This document shows positions 19,958 through 29,562 of a DNA stretch of 58,609 nt, one piece after another. Every line of letters begins with the position of its first letter. The stretch's first letter is position 1. Made by a program: the position numbers and the translations under genes. This DNA comes from a bacterium (lineage in GTDB: Bacteria; Bacillota_I; Bacilli_A; Erysipelotrichales; Erysipelotrichaceae), in NCBI GenBank assembly GCA_963621095.1, contig CAVFDO010000001.1, positions 1 through 58,609 on the forward strand, given 5' to 3'. The notes beneath the pieces are model-generated. The model was given only the letters and a program-made list of their open reading frames with translations, made no database searches and was not told where the DNA came from.

Positions 19958-21732
19958 CGTTTGAACTCCTTCATCAATTCTCTTTCATCTAAAACAATGA
20001 ATATTGGTTTATGATCCACACCAATAAATGGATCATTACATTTGGATAGTGATTCTATTAATTGATTCATTTCTTCTAATGTAAGATGGTTAACTTTCTT
20101 AATGAGATGAGAAGATGCAATATGTGCTACTTTTTCTTGTTGGATCTTTGTGAAGTGTTTTGTTTCATCATTATGAAATGATTCAATTAAATCTTGAATG
20201 AATTGTTCTTCTTCTATTTTTTGACACCAAGATGGTAATGAACGAATAATTAAAGTATCTTTACCAAATGGTTCAAATGTAATATGAAAATCAGATAATG
20301 ATTCATTGATTTCATCACATCTTTGTACGATATCATCACTTGTATGAATTGTGATTGGTAGTAATAAATCTATCATTGTAGATTCTTGTTTTATCTTTTG
20401 ATAGATTTCTTCATATAGAATCTTTTTATTTGCGGCATATTGATCAACAATTGCCAACGAATGTTCCATTTCACATAGAATATATTGGTCATGATATTGT
20501 CCAATCACTTTCATTGAAGGAAATGGAATCTTTTCTTCAACTTTTTCTTCTTTCACTTCACTTTGTAAAGCTCTTAATATTTTTGCGTCTTCTTCAGCTT
20601 CTTTTTGAATTGATTGTTGAATATCTTCTGTTTCAAGCTTTTCTTCCTTTTCTTCTTCAACAATTGGTTCTTCTTTTAATTCTTCATCAAAAGATAATGG
20701 TTGATAATATTCAACTGTACCTTCATGTACTTGTACTGTTGGAATAATTTCTTGTACATTCAATGCCTTATGTATTTCATCTTTAATCAATAATTCCAAT
20801 TGTATTTCTTTAGAGATTCTAACTTCCCACTTTGATGGATGAACATTGACATCTAATAGATGTGGATCCATCTCAATCGACAATACGCACATTGGATATC
20901 TGCCATTCGGAATCAATCCTTCATATCCATCTTGTATCGCTTTATAGATTCGGTATGTTCGAACCATTCTTCCATTCAAAAATACATGCATCATTTTATT
21001 AGAAGCACGTGTGATATCTGGTTTTACTAAATAACCTATCACATGATAATCAAAGTCAGAAAAATCTACAGCGATGCAATTTTCACTTGCCGCACGACCA
21101 TATACATTAAATACAACTTCTAATAGATTTCCTTGTCCACTTGTACGGAATGCATCTCTTCCATCATTGATAAAATGAAAAGCAATTTCTGGATGAGATA
21201 AGGCAAATCTACTAATAACATCTTGAATCAAAGAAGATTCATAAGACGCAGAACGCATATGTTTTAAACGAGCTGGTGTGTGATAAAACAAACCTTCTAC
21301 TGTGATTTCAGTTCCTTGATTACAAGGATATGGTGTTGCGCTTTGTTTTTGACCATACGCAATGACAATTTTGGTATTATCAATGCCATCACTTGTAACC
21401 AAAGTCACTTTAGAAACGGCAGCGATACTAGGCAAAGCTTCCCCTCTAAAACCTAATGTATGAATTGAGAAAAGATCATTTTCTCCTTGAATCTTACTTG
21501 TTGCGTGTCGTTGAAAAGCCATTTCAGCATCTTCACTACTCATACCACATCCATTATCTTGGATGGTGATTTTAGAGATGCCACCTTCTTCAATGGATAC
21601 TGTAATAGAAGTACTACCCGCATCGATTGCGTTTTCAACGAGTTCTTTCACAACACCCATTGGTCTTTCAACAACTTCTCCTGCCGCAATCATATTTGCG
21701 GTATGTGAATCTAATTGATGTATTTTTCCCAT
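19954..21732 (-). CDS. mutL: DNA mismatch repair protein MutL (C-terminal endonuclease motifs degenerate)
   Basis: IAAGEVVERP, ELVENAIDA, DNGCG, GFRGEAL, DVNVHPSK; adjacent to miaA. Confidence 0.95.
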   Translation of the reverse strand: MGKIHQLDSHTANMIAAGEVVERPMGVVKELVENAIDAGSTSITVSIEEGGISKITIQDNGCGMSSEDAEMAFQRHATSKIQGENDLFSIHTLGFRGEALPSIAAVSKVTLVTSDGIDNTKIVIAYGQKQSATPYPCNQGTEITVEGLFYHTPARLKHMRSASYESSLIQDVISRFALSHPEIAFHFINDGRDAFRTSGQGNLLEVVFNVYGRAASENCIAVDFSDFDYHVIGYLVKPDITRASNKMMHVFLNGRMVRTYRIYKAIQDGYEGLIPNGRYPMCVLSIEMDPHLLDVNVHPSKWEVRISKEIQLELLIKDEIHKALNVQEIIPTVQVHEGTVEYYQPLSFDEELKEEPIVEEEKEEKLETEDIQQSIQKEAEEDAKILRALQSEVKEEKVEEKIPFPSMKVIGQYHDQYILCEMEHSLAIVDQYAANKKILYEEIYQKIKQESTMIDLLLPITIHTSDDIVQRCDEINESLSDFHITFEPFGKDTLIIRSLPSWCQKIEEEQFIQDLIESFHNDETKHFTKIQQEKVAHIASSHLIKKVNHLTLEEMNQLIESLSKCNDPFIGVDHKPIFIVLDERELMKEFKR

Positions 21733-21738
21733 ATTAAA

Positions 21739-21750
21739 TATTGTACAATA
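21739..21750. promoter_or_regulatory. Palindrome TATTGTACAATA providing a TACAAT -10 on both strands
   Basis: 6 nt before the yigZ ATG (21756) and 7 nt before the mutL ATG (21732). Confidence 0.6.
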
Positions 21751-21755
21751 AAAAC

Positions 21756-22364
21756 ATGCATTTAAAACAAGAATACAGATATGAACAAATCATAAAGAAA
21801 TCAAAATTTATTGCGTGTGCTAATCCAATTCAAAATGAAGAACAAGCAAGAAACTACATTGAACAAATTCGAAAAGAATATCCAGATGCAACACATGTAT
21901 GTACTGCGTATGTATGTGGTGAAAACAACATGATTCAACGATCATCTGACAACAAAGAACCTGCCGGAACTGCTGGTGTACCTATGTTAGAAGCTATCTT
22001 GAATGCCGATATTGAAAATGTATGTGTTTGTGTTGTTCGTTACTTTGGTGGTGTAAAGTTAGGCGCTGGTGGATTGATACGTGCGTATTCTTCTTCCGCA
22101 AATGGTGTATTAAAAGAAGCTGATAAAGTCATTACAGTACCTTTTCAACAATATTCCATTACATATCCGTATGATTTATCTGGCACATTAGAAAATTGGT
22201 TAAGAAGAAATACAATGATTAAAGATTTTTTGTATGACGAAAAAGTCACTTGTTTATTTGAAACAGATAAAGAGAATATAATTGAAGAAATCCAGAATTT
22301 AACTTCTGGTGCAATTACACCTACTTTTATTAAAGAAGTATTCAGAGAGAAAGAAATAGAGTAG
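21756..22364 (+). CDS. yigZ: YigZ/IMPACT family protein
   Basis: IKKSKF, ATHVC, EPAGTAG, VVRYFGGVKLGAGGLIRAY. Confidence 0.93.
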   Translation: MHLKQEYRYEQIIKKSKFIACANPIQNEEQARNYIEQIRKEYPDATHVCTAYVCGENNMIQRSSDNKEPAGTAGVPMLEAILNADIENVCVCVVRYFGGVKLGAGGLIRAYSSSANGVLKEADKVITVPFQQYSITYPYDLSGTLENWLRRNTMIKDFLYDEKVTCLFETDKENIIEEIQNLTSGAITPTFIKEVFREKEIE

Positions 22365-22392
22365 AATAGCTATAGAAAAGAGGAAAAATATA

Positions 22393-23103
22393 ATGAATTA
22401 TAATGTTAAAGGTGATTCTGATTGTCCATTAGTAGAAATTAAATTACAGAACGGAGAGAAAGTCATGATTGAACGTGGTTCCATGGCTTACATGTCTCGA
22501 GTTTCCATCGAAGGAAAGATGAACAGTAAAAGCAAAGGATTAGGCGGATTACTTGGAGCAATTGGTAGAAGCTTAACTTCTGGTGAAAGCATGTTTATTA
22601 CAGAAGCAACTGGCACTGGTGATGATGCATTACTTGGGATTGCACCATCTGTTCCTGGTAAAATCGTATGCTTGCATGTGGATCAAACCAAACAATTCTA
22701 TTTAAACAATGGCGCATTTATAGCGTGTGATAAAGAAGTTTCTTATGAAATGAAATCACAATCCGTTGGTAAAGCATTGTTTGGTGGAACTGGTGGATTA
22801 TTTGTGATGCATACAAGCGGAACTGGTGACGTATTAGTCAATGCATTTGGTGATATCTTAGAAGTTAAAGTAGATGAAGAACATCCAATCATCATTGATA
22901 ACGAACATGTCGTTGCATGGGATGATTCATTAAACTATGAATTAAAGATTGCCTCAGGAACATTTGGATTTACAACAGGTGAAGGAATCGTTAATGAATT
23001 CCATGGAAATGGAACAGTTTATATCCAATCTAGAAATATACATAATCTAGCTAACGCTTTGATTCCATTTATGCCAACAAGTTCTAGTAACTTAAATAGC
23101 TAA
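22393..23103 (+). CDS. AIM24/TIGR00266 family protein
   Basis: ERGSMAYM, SGESMF, IDNEHVVAW, GTVYIQSRN. Confidence 0.88.
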   Translation: MNYNVKGDSDCPLVEIKLQNGEKVMIERGSMAYMSRVSIEGKMNSKSKGLGGLLGAIGRSLTSGESMFITEATGTGDDALLGIAPSVPGKIVCLHVDQTKQFYLNNGAFIACDKEVSYEMKSQSVGKALFGGTGGLFVMHTSGTGDVLVNAFGDILEVKVDEEHPIIIDNEHVVAWDDSLNYELKIASGTFGFTTGEGIVNEFHGNGTVYIQSRNIHNLANALIPFMPTSSSNLNS

Positions 23104-23138
23104 TAAAAAGAAGAATGAGATTTTTCATTCTTCTTTTT
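23104..23138. terminator. Bidirectional terminator
   Basis: AAAAAGAAGAATGA...TCATTCTTCTTTTT between convergent genes. Confidence 0.8.
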
Positions 23139-23142
23139 CGTC

Positions 23143-24948
23143 TTATAATCCTAATTCATCCGCAACTTTTTCTGCTTCTTCTAATACTTTTTCAAACTTA
23201 TTTAAGGCAATGTTAATTGGTTCTGGTGTTGTAAGATCTACACCTGCGTGTTTGAGTTCATCTAATGGATATTGGCTAGATCCCATAGATAAGAATTCTA
23301 GATAGTTCTTAACTGCATCTTCTTCGTTATTTAAAATCTTTTCTGAAATCGCACAAGCAGATGAATAACCTGTAGCGTATACATAAACATAGAAGAAGTA
23401 ATAGAAATGAGGAATTCTTGCCCATTCATATTTCACTTTATCATCTACGACCATATCATCACCAAAGTATTCATGAATGAGTTTAAAATAGAATGCACTT
23501 AATGATTCAGGTGTTAAAGCTTCACCTCTTTCATACATTGCGTGTGCTTCTTTTTCAAATTCTGCGAACATCGTTTGTCTATAAACAGTTCCTTTAAATC
23601 CTTCTAAGTATTGATTTAATAGAGCGAGTTTTTTATTTGGATCTTGTTCTTTCTTTAATAGTTGATCGATTAATAGATTTTCATTTACAGTAGATGCAAC
23701 TTCGGCAACAAACATTGTATATTCACTATATTGGAACGGTTGTGTGTGATTTGTTAACCATGTATGTTGAGAATGACCCATTTCATGAGCTAATGTAGAT
23801 ACAGAATCCAATGTGCCAGTAAAGTTCATTTTAATATATGGATTAGATTCATATGTACCAGAAGAGAATGCACCACCTTCTTTACCTTTGTTTGGATATA
23901 CATCTACCCAACCTGTATGAAATGCGTCATTAACTCTATCTACATATTCTTTACCTAATGGTTTAACAGCATCTAATACCATTTGTTTTGCTTGATCATA
24001 TGTATATTTTTCTGTAATACCTTGTGTTAAAGGTGCGTATAGATCATAGTAATGAACTTCATCTAACTTTAATAGTCTCTTTCTCAAACGCACATAACGA
24101 TACATGAGATCCATTCTGTTATGTACTGTATCAATTAAATTATCATATACACTTTCTGGGATGTTATCGCTAGACATTCTCATTTCTCTAGAAGAGTTAT
24201 AGCCTCTTAACTTTGCCTCTGTCGTGCAAGATTTTACTGCACCAGAAAATACAGTCGCTAATGTATTGATATGATTTTTATAACCTTCATAGAAAGATTC
24301 AAATGCATTTTTTCTTAGAACAGGATCCGTACTATTTTGCAGAAGAATATAAGAAGATTCAGATACTTCATGTGATTTTCCTTCACTATCTAAAGCGTCT
24401 TCAAATTTCATATCTGCATATAATAAAGCAGTCATTGTTTGTTCTGGTGTATTAAACACTTCACCAAAAGAAGCTAAGATTGCTTCTTCTTTACTGGATA
24501 ACATGTGTGGTTTAGAACGTAACAAATTCTTTAAATAGAATGCATATTCTTTTAATGATTCATCATTCACAATTGTATTTAATTGTTCTTCTGTATTAGA
24601 TAAGATTTCTGGTTCCGCAAAAGAAACGACTGTCGAGAAATTAACATATTGAGAATATGCTTTCGCAAACATTGTCTGTGACTTTGTATCTCTTGTATCT
24701 TCCACTTTACGTAAAGATGCATAACAAAATAAATTACTCATCTTTTTTGCAACTTCATTTTCTTCTTTTAAAAACGAAAGAATTGCGTTTGCGTTATTTA
24801 AAGTTCCTTCATACTTTGATAGATTTTCAATCTTTTCTGTAATACCAACTAACGCTTGTTCAAAAGCATCATCACTTTCAAATAATGTGTTTAGATTCCA
24901 CATGTATGTAGAATCCATATCTTTTCTTTCTTGTAAAACTTCACTCAT
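23143..24948 (-). CDS. pepF: Oligoendopeptidase F (M3B)
   Basis: TLAHEMGHSQH, FVAEVAS, WARIPHF, YVYVYATG. Confidence 0.95.
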   Translation of the reverse strand: MSEVLQERKDMDSTYMWNLNTLFESDDAFEQALVGITEKIENLSKYEGTLNNANAILSFLKEENEVAKKMSNLFCYASLRKVEDTRDTKSQTMFAKAYSQYVNFSTVVSFAEPEILSNTEEQLNTIVNDESLKEYAFYLKNLLRSKPHMLSSKEEAILASFGEVFNTPEQTMTALLYADMKFEDALDSEGKSHEVSESSYILLQNSTDPVLRKNAFESFYEGYKNHINTLATVFSGAVKSCTTEAKLRGYNSSREMRMSSDNIPESVYDNLIDTVHNRMDLMYRYVRLRKRLLKLDEVHYYDLYAPLTQGITEKYTYDQAKQMVLDAVKPLGKEYVDRVNDAFHTGWVDVYPNKGKEGGAFSSGTYESNPYIKMNFTGTLDSVSTLAHEMGHSQHTWLTNHTQPFQYSEYTMFVAEVASTVNENLLIDQLLKKEQDPNKKLALLNQYLEGFKGTVYRQTMFAEFEKEAHAMYERGEALTPESLSAFYFKLIHEYFGDDMVVDDKVKYEWARIPHFYYFFYVYVYATGYSSACAISEKILNNEEDAVKNYLEFLSMGSSQYPLDELKHAGVDLTTPEPINIALNKFEKVLEEAEKVADELGL

Positions 24949-24949
24949 A

Positions 24950-25798
24950 TTAACTCTCCTTTTTCACAAACATAATATCCATATCTGTATTATCTCCCTC
25001 AATTCCATCTACTGTTCCACTATCTGTATATTGCCAAATAGAGAATGTATATGCATATGTTGGATAATCTACATCATATTGTGCTACCCATGTATCAAAC
25101 TCTTGCATATATTCCAGTAAGAAATATTTATCAAATAAATCTGTACTATTGTAATTCATTGTTTGATAGCCTGCATTTTGAATGATATGCAAGAATGTCA
25201 CTGCGTTTTGTGTCCAAACTTCTCGAGAAAGTTCATCTACTCTACCTTCTCCTTCACCAGCTTGTTCAATATCAAAACAAACAGGTAAATCTATTGTATA
25301 ACTTTTTATTTGTTGAAGTGTAAATTCTGCTTCTTCACGAGCTTCATCAACAGAAGTTGCTTGAGAGAAGAAATAAACACCAACTTTGATTCCATATTTT
25401 TGACAAGCTTGAATATTATAATCAAAGTAAGAATCTTTATGAATCTCACCTGTTTGCCATCCTCGATATCCTACTCTAAGATACGCAAATTCAATTCCTG
25501 CATTCTTCACTTTTTCCCAATCAATCCATTCTTGATGAGAAGATACATCAATCCCTTGCATGGAAGAATACATATCATCTTCATAAGTCATTAAAGAACC
25601 ATTCTTGATGAGATTATTCCAATTGTATGTATTTTGTATCAGATTGGTTTCAACTAATGTTTCTTCTTGTTCTCTTCTTTTTTGATTCATCACATAAAAA
25701 AAGGAAGAAAAACAAAATACAATCATACAAACAATTACAATGAAAATCATTGTATTCTTCTTATTGATTTTTCTTTTCCTTTTTCTTCTTTTTGCCAT
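24950..25798 (-). CDS. Membrane-anchored GH25 muramidase
   Basis: N-terminal TM; GIDVSSHQ, FDIE, WQYT motifs. Confidence 0.9.
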   Translation of the reverse strand: MAKRRKRKRKINKKNTMIFIVIVCMIVFCFSSFFYVMNQKRREQEETLVETNLIQNTYNWNNLIKNGSLMTYEDDMYSSMQGIDVSSHQEWIDWEKVKNAGIEFAYLRVGYRGWQTGEIHKDSYFDYNIQACQKYGIKVGVYFFSQATSVDEAREEAEFTLQQIKSYTIDLPVCFDIEQAGEGEGRVDELSREVWTQNAVTFLHIIQNAGYQTMNYNSTDLFDKYFLLEYMQEFDTWVAQYDVDYPTYAYTFSIWQYTDSGTVDGIEGDNTDMDIMFVKKES

Positions 25799-25873
25799 AT
25801 ATATGATTTTACACCATTCCGTTAATGAAAAAAGATATCAAATGTTAAGAATTAAATGTAGTATAATGCTTTT

Positions 25874-26302
25874 ATGAACAAAATAGTTAAAACAATTATA
25901 TGCTTATTTTTGCTAATATTTTCAACTATATCAATAAATGCAACTGATGATAGTCAAGATGTTCTATATGCTAAAACGCCTTACAATAATATCGATTTGA
26001 ATTTGAATGGATCTGGCGGAAGTGTTGTAGTTGCTAAAATTCGTCTAAGTAAATTAAATAGTTCTACAGGTCAAATCATCTTTACACCAACAAATAGTTA
26101 TAAAGGTGTTGGCTTTTCTGGTTATTACTCTCTTTCTGATAGCAACGGAATTCATTGCGGTACTAAGTACATTATTAGTCAAATGTCTTTTAATTTTACT
26201 TTTCCTTCAACACATGGAACAATAAGCTTAAATGGAACTTATTGCTATTACGATTCTCAAGGTTTTGGAACATCTGATATAACAAAAGTATTTGGGTTTT
26301 AA
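25874..26302 (+). CDS. Secreted hypothetical protein
   Basis: Signal peptide (MNKIVKT...INA); Ser/Gly/Thr-rich mature part. Confidence 0.7.
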   Translation: MNKIVKTIICLFLLIFSTISINATDDSQDVLYAKTPYNNIDLNLNGSGGSVVVAKIRLSKLNSSTGQIIFTPTNSYKGVGFSGYYSLSDSNGIHCGTKYIISQMSFNFTFPSTHGTISLNGTYCYYDSQGFGTSDITKVFGF

Positions 26303-26303
26303 C

Positions 26304-26738
26304 ATGAAGACTTTTAATAAACTCATCCCTTTTCAGGAATTTAATTTCATAACATCTAAGGATTCTTTTACAGCAGATGACATTGGAATTTACGAACAAG
26401 CTTGTTTTTTTATCGAAGAGAAAGCATATCATCTTCCTTTTAAAACACTCACTTTAAATCTGATTGATAACACGCATTATAATTTAACAGCTCATTTCAA
26501 TGATAAAAATATTGTATATTCAGGAAGTTGGTCATTCAAAAATAAAACAATTGATTTTTGGACAGAAGGAACTGGAAAAGAAAATGATAACGATTGTATC
26601 ATCATTCGCTATCCGCTCTTGCTACAAAAAAATAGACTAATTATTCTAATGACAAAACCAATTGAAGTTATTTTTCCAAAGGATTTAAAAACTATTCCAA
26701 ATTGTTATAGTACTAATTTCGGATATCTTAAAAAATGA
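26304..26738 (+). CDS. Hypothetical protein
   Basis: ATG 1 nt after the previous stop; no family recognised. Confidence 0.6.
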   Translation: MKTFNKLIPFQEFNFITSKDSFTADDIGIYEQACFFIEEKAYHLPFKTLTLNLIDNTHYNLTAHFNDKNIVYSGSWSFKNKTIDFWTEGTGKENDNDCIIIRYPLLLQKNRLIILMTKPIEVIFPKDLKTIPNCYSTNFGYLKK

Positions 26739-26741
26739 TAA

Positions 26742-28304
26742 TCATATTCTTTCTATTCTAGTATCTTTTAATTGATATACTTGATCAAATGCATCTGTAT
26801 ATTGATTCATATTATGCGCGACAAAAATGACTAACCTATCAATATCTTTTAAATGATTCATGAAACTATCAATCACAATATTATTCATAGCTGAAAATGG
26901 TTCATCTAAAATCAATACATTCTTTTCACTACAAAGCGCCCTTAACAAACAAAGAATTTGTTTTTCACCACCACTTAAAGAATTTAAATCAGTACTACTT
27001 TTGATTTGTTCGATGAGATATGATGGAAAATACTGTTCGTATGTATTTAGTTTCTTACAATCATATGTTCTAAAGATACTAATATTATCTAAATATGATC
27101 CTTCAAATAACAAAGGCTTTTGTGGAACATAACAAATAGATTCATTAGGAATGATATCTTTTGGCTCATAAAGAACTTCACCTTCACTTGGTTTCATAAA
27201 TCCTAGCAACATCTTTAATAAGACACTTTTCCCAATTCCATTTTCTCCTAATACAAGATATTTCTTTGGAGAAATAAATGTTAAGTTTGGTAATTTAATA
27301 TCTACTTGATCAAAAGACTTTATGAGTGAGTTTGTTTGGATCTGATTGATTTGTTTAGATGTGATACTTGTTTTTTGATGTGGTTTATTTACAATTTCAA
27401 ATAACTTTTCTTGAATCTTCTTTGTACTTTTTACTCTACCAATATTTACATTCATTTCATAGATAGGATCCATAAATTTCGTACAATACATGAAACCAAC
27501 AGTGGCCATACCAATTGTGATTCTTCCATAGCATAGTAGAAAAGCTACACAAATAAACGCTACAACAGATACCAATTCTGCGGATCCGCCATTCAATACC
27601 ATTGAAAAGCTATTTAACTTTCTAAAGAACATATTACTTTCTAAAACATCATCTAGATCTTTCTCATGGTTTATTTCTATTTGTTGAATACTTTTATGAT
27701 CTAAAATATCTTTTGACTCAAAATAGGATTGTATCTTCTTTGTATACTTACCTGTCATTTCTAAGAATTTAGAATTTCTTTCTGATACTTCTTTGGCTGT
27801 CAGTTCAGGAACAAACATAACAAGAATAGAAAACACTATGATTGTTATCGCAATGATTGGATCAACAAATACAACTAAACATGTCCCAAAAACGACAATC
27901 ATAATACCATTTCTAATAACTGCCATTAATGGACTCAAATAATTTTGACAAAGTTCAGTAATATCATTTGCTTGCATGGAAATATATTCTGCGGAAGATA
28001 ATTGGTTATAGTCTTCATAATCCTTTTCAATGACTGCGTTAAAGTAATCTTTTTTGATTGCTTTTTCAAATTTAACTCTTCTATAATCAGCCATTCGATT
28101 TCCAAAATATGCGGAGCACAAATACAAGACAAAAAATAAAATATAAAGCAGAATTAAACCAATAATCTTTTGTGTTCCTTCTGTATAATGATCAACTAAA
28201 TATCCTGGCAAATATAACATTACTGATGTCGCAAGTGTTTCTAATACATCACCTATGATTGTTAGAAAGAGATACCACTTAATTTTCAACAAATATTTTT
28301 TCAT
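26742..28304 (-). CDS. ABC exporter, fused permease and ATPase
   Basis: TM domain; GENGIGKS, LSGGE, ILDE; SD GAGG. Confidence 0.88.
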   Translation of the reverse strand: MKKYLLKIKWYLFLTIIGDVLETLATSVMLYLPGYLVDHYTEGTQKIIGLILLYILFFVLYLCSAYFGNRMADYRRVKFEKAIKKDYFNAVIEKDYEDYNQLSSAEYISMQANDITELCQNYLSPLMAVIRNGIMIVVFGTCLVVFVDPIIAITIIVFSILVMFVPELTAKEVSERNSKFLEMTGKYTKKIQSYFESKDILDHKSIQQIEINHEKDLDDVLESNMFFRKLNSFSMVLNGGSAELVSVVAFICVAFLLCYGRITIGMATVGFMYCTKFMDPIYEMNVNIGRVKSTKKIQEKLFEIVNKPHQKTSITSKQINQIQTNSLIKSFDQVDIKLPNLTFISPKKYLVLGENGIGKSVLLKMLLGFMKPSEGEVLYEPKDIIPNESICYVPQKPLLFEGSYLDNISIFRTYDCKKLNTYEQYFPSYLIEQIKSSTDLNSLSGGEKQILCLLRALCSEKNVLILDEPFSAMNNIVIDSFMNHLKDIDRLVIFVAHNMNQYTDAFDQVYQLKDTRIERI

Positions 28305-28340
28305 AACACTTCCTCTAAAATCCAAACTAAATTATCCTAC

Positions 28341-28381
28341 AAAAAAAACACATATCAACAATCTTGTTCATATGTGTTTTC
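28341..28381 (-). terminator. Terminator after telA
   Basis: AAAACACATAT...ATATGTGTTTT inverted repeat. Confidence 0.65.
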
Positions 28382-28386
28382 ATTGT

Positions 28387-29562
28387 TTATTCTTTTACTG
28401 ATTCTTTTTCTTGATTGATTTCTAATAGTTTATTTGTAAGTTGATTTTCAATCTTAGAGAGTTCTTGTTCTGCTTGTGCTCTCTTTTCTCTACCTTCTTT
28501 TTGAATTTGTTGAACTTCTTCTAATGTAGAAATCAATTGTTCATTTGTATGTTGTAATGTTTCTAAATCAACAATACCTCTTTCACTTTCTTTGGCTGTA
28601 TCAACTGTAGCTTGATGCAATGTTTCTGCGTTCTTTTTGAGAAGTGTATTTGTCATGTCAGTAACTTCTCTTTGCGCTTCCATTGCTTCCTTAGAATGTG
28701 AAATACCCAAAGCTAATACGATTTGGTTCTTCCATAGTGGAATTGTATTTACCAATGTAGATTGAATCTTTTCTGTCATTAATGTGTCATTATTTTGAAC
28801 CAAACGAATCTGAGGTGCCATTTGAATTGAAATCTGTCTTGTTAGTTCAAGATCATAAAGTTTCTTTTCAAAACGAACACATGCTTGTTCTAAGTCATTT
28901 GCAGCTTGTGCATCTTCTGGTAAGTTTGTTTCTTTTGCCTTTGCGACGAGTTTTGGTAATTCCGTTTCACGAATTTCCTTCACTCTTTTTCTACCGGCAA
29001 GAATATACATTGTTAATTCTTTTGTGTTTTGTTGGTTTCTAGCATAGAGTTCATCTAATAACGCAATATCTTTTAATAAAGTGATTTGATGATCTTCTAG
29101 CATACTAGCTACTTTTTCAACGTTTGCTTCGGCCTTATCATACTTAGCTTTGAACTTTGTTACGGAATCTTGTCCTTTATCAAATAAGTTAGCGAAAAAA
29201 CCTTTCTTTTCATTATTATCGTTAGCGTCATATTCTTTAAGTTCAACAACTAAATCACTTAATAATGTTCCAACTTCACCAAGATCTTTTGTACGAACAT
29301 TCGCTAAAGCAGTATCCGAGAAATCTGATACTTTCTTTTGTGCAGCAGCACCATATTGAAGAATAGTATTACTTTCAGTGATATCAATTTTAGATGCAAA
29401 ATCATCAACAGTTTTTCTTTCAGTTTCTGTTAGATTCGCTTCATCAATTGGATCTTTTTCTGTAACAGGTGCTTCTTCTTGTTTTACTTCTTCTTTTGTT
29501 GTTTCTTCTGGATTTAATGTTAATGTAATTTCTTCTGCTTGCGCTTGTTTGTTTTCACTCAT
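28387..29562 (-). CDS. telA: Toxic anion resistance protein (TelA/YaaN family)
   Basis: ILQYGAAAQ, QMAPQIRLVQNND, TIPLWKNQ; coiled-coil; SD AGGAG. Confidence 0.92.
   Translation of the reverse strand: MSENKQAQAEEITLTLNPEETTKEEVKQEEAPVTEKDPIDEANLTETERKTVDDFASKIDITESNTILQYGAAAQKKVSDFSDTALANVRTKDLGEVGTLLSDLVVELKEYDANDNNEKKGFFANLFDKGQDSVTKFKAKYDKAEANVEKVASMLEDHQITLLKDIALLDELYARNQQNTKELTMYILAGRKRVKEIRETELPKLVAKAKETNLPEDAQAANDLEQACVRFEKKLYDLELTRQISIQMAPQIRLVQNNDTLMTEKIQSTLVNTIPLWKNQIVLALGISHSKEAMEAQREVTDMTNTLLKKNAETLHQATVDTAKESERGIVDLETLQHTNEQLISTLEEVQQIQKEGREKRAQAEQELSKIENQLTNKLLEINQEKESVKE

Noticed and set aside
24950..25798. Phage endolysin
   Set aside because: N-terminal membrane anchor, coupled to pepF, and no holin or phage genes nearby
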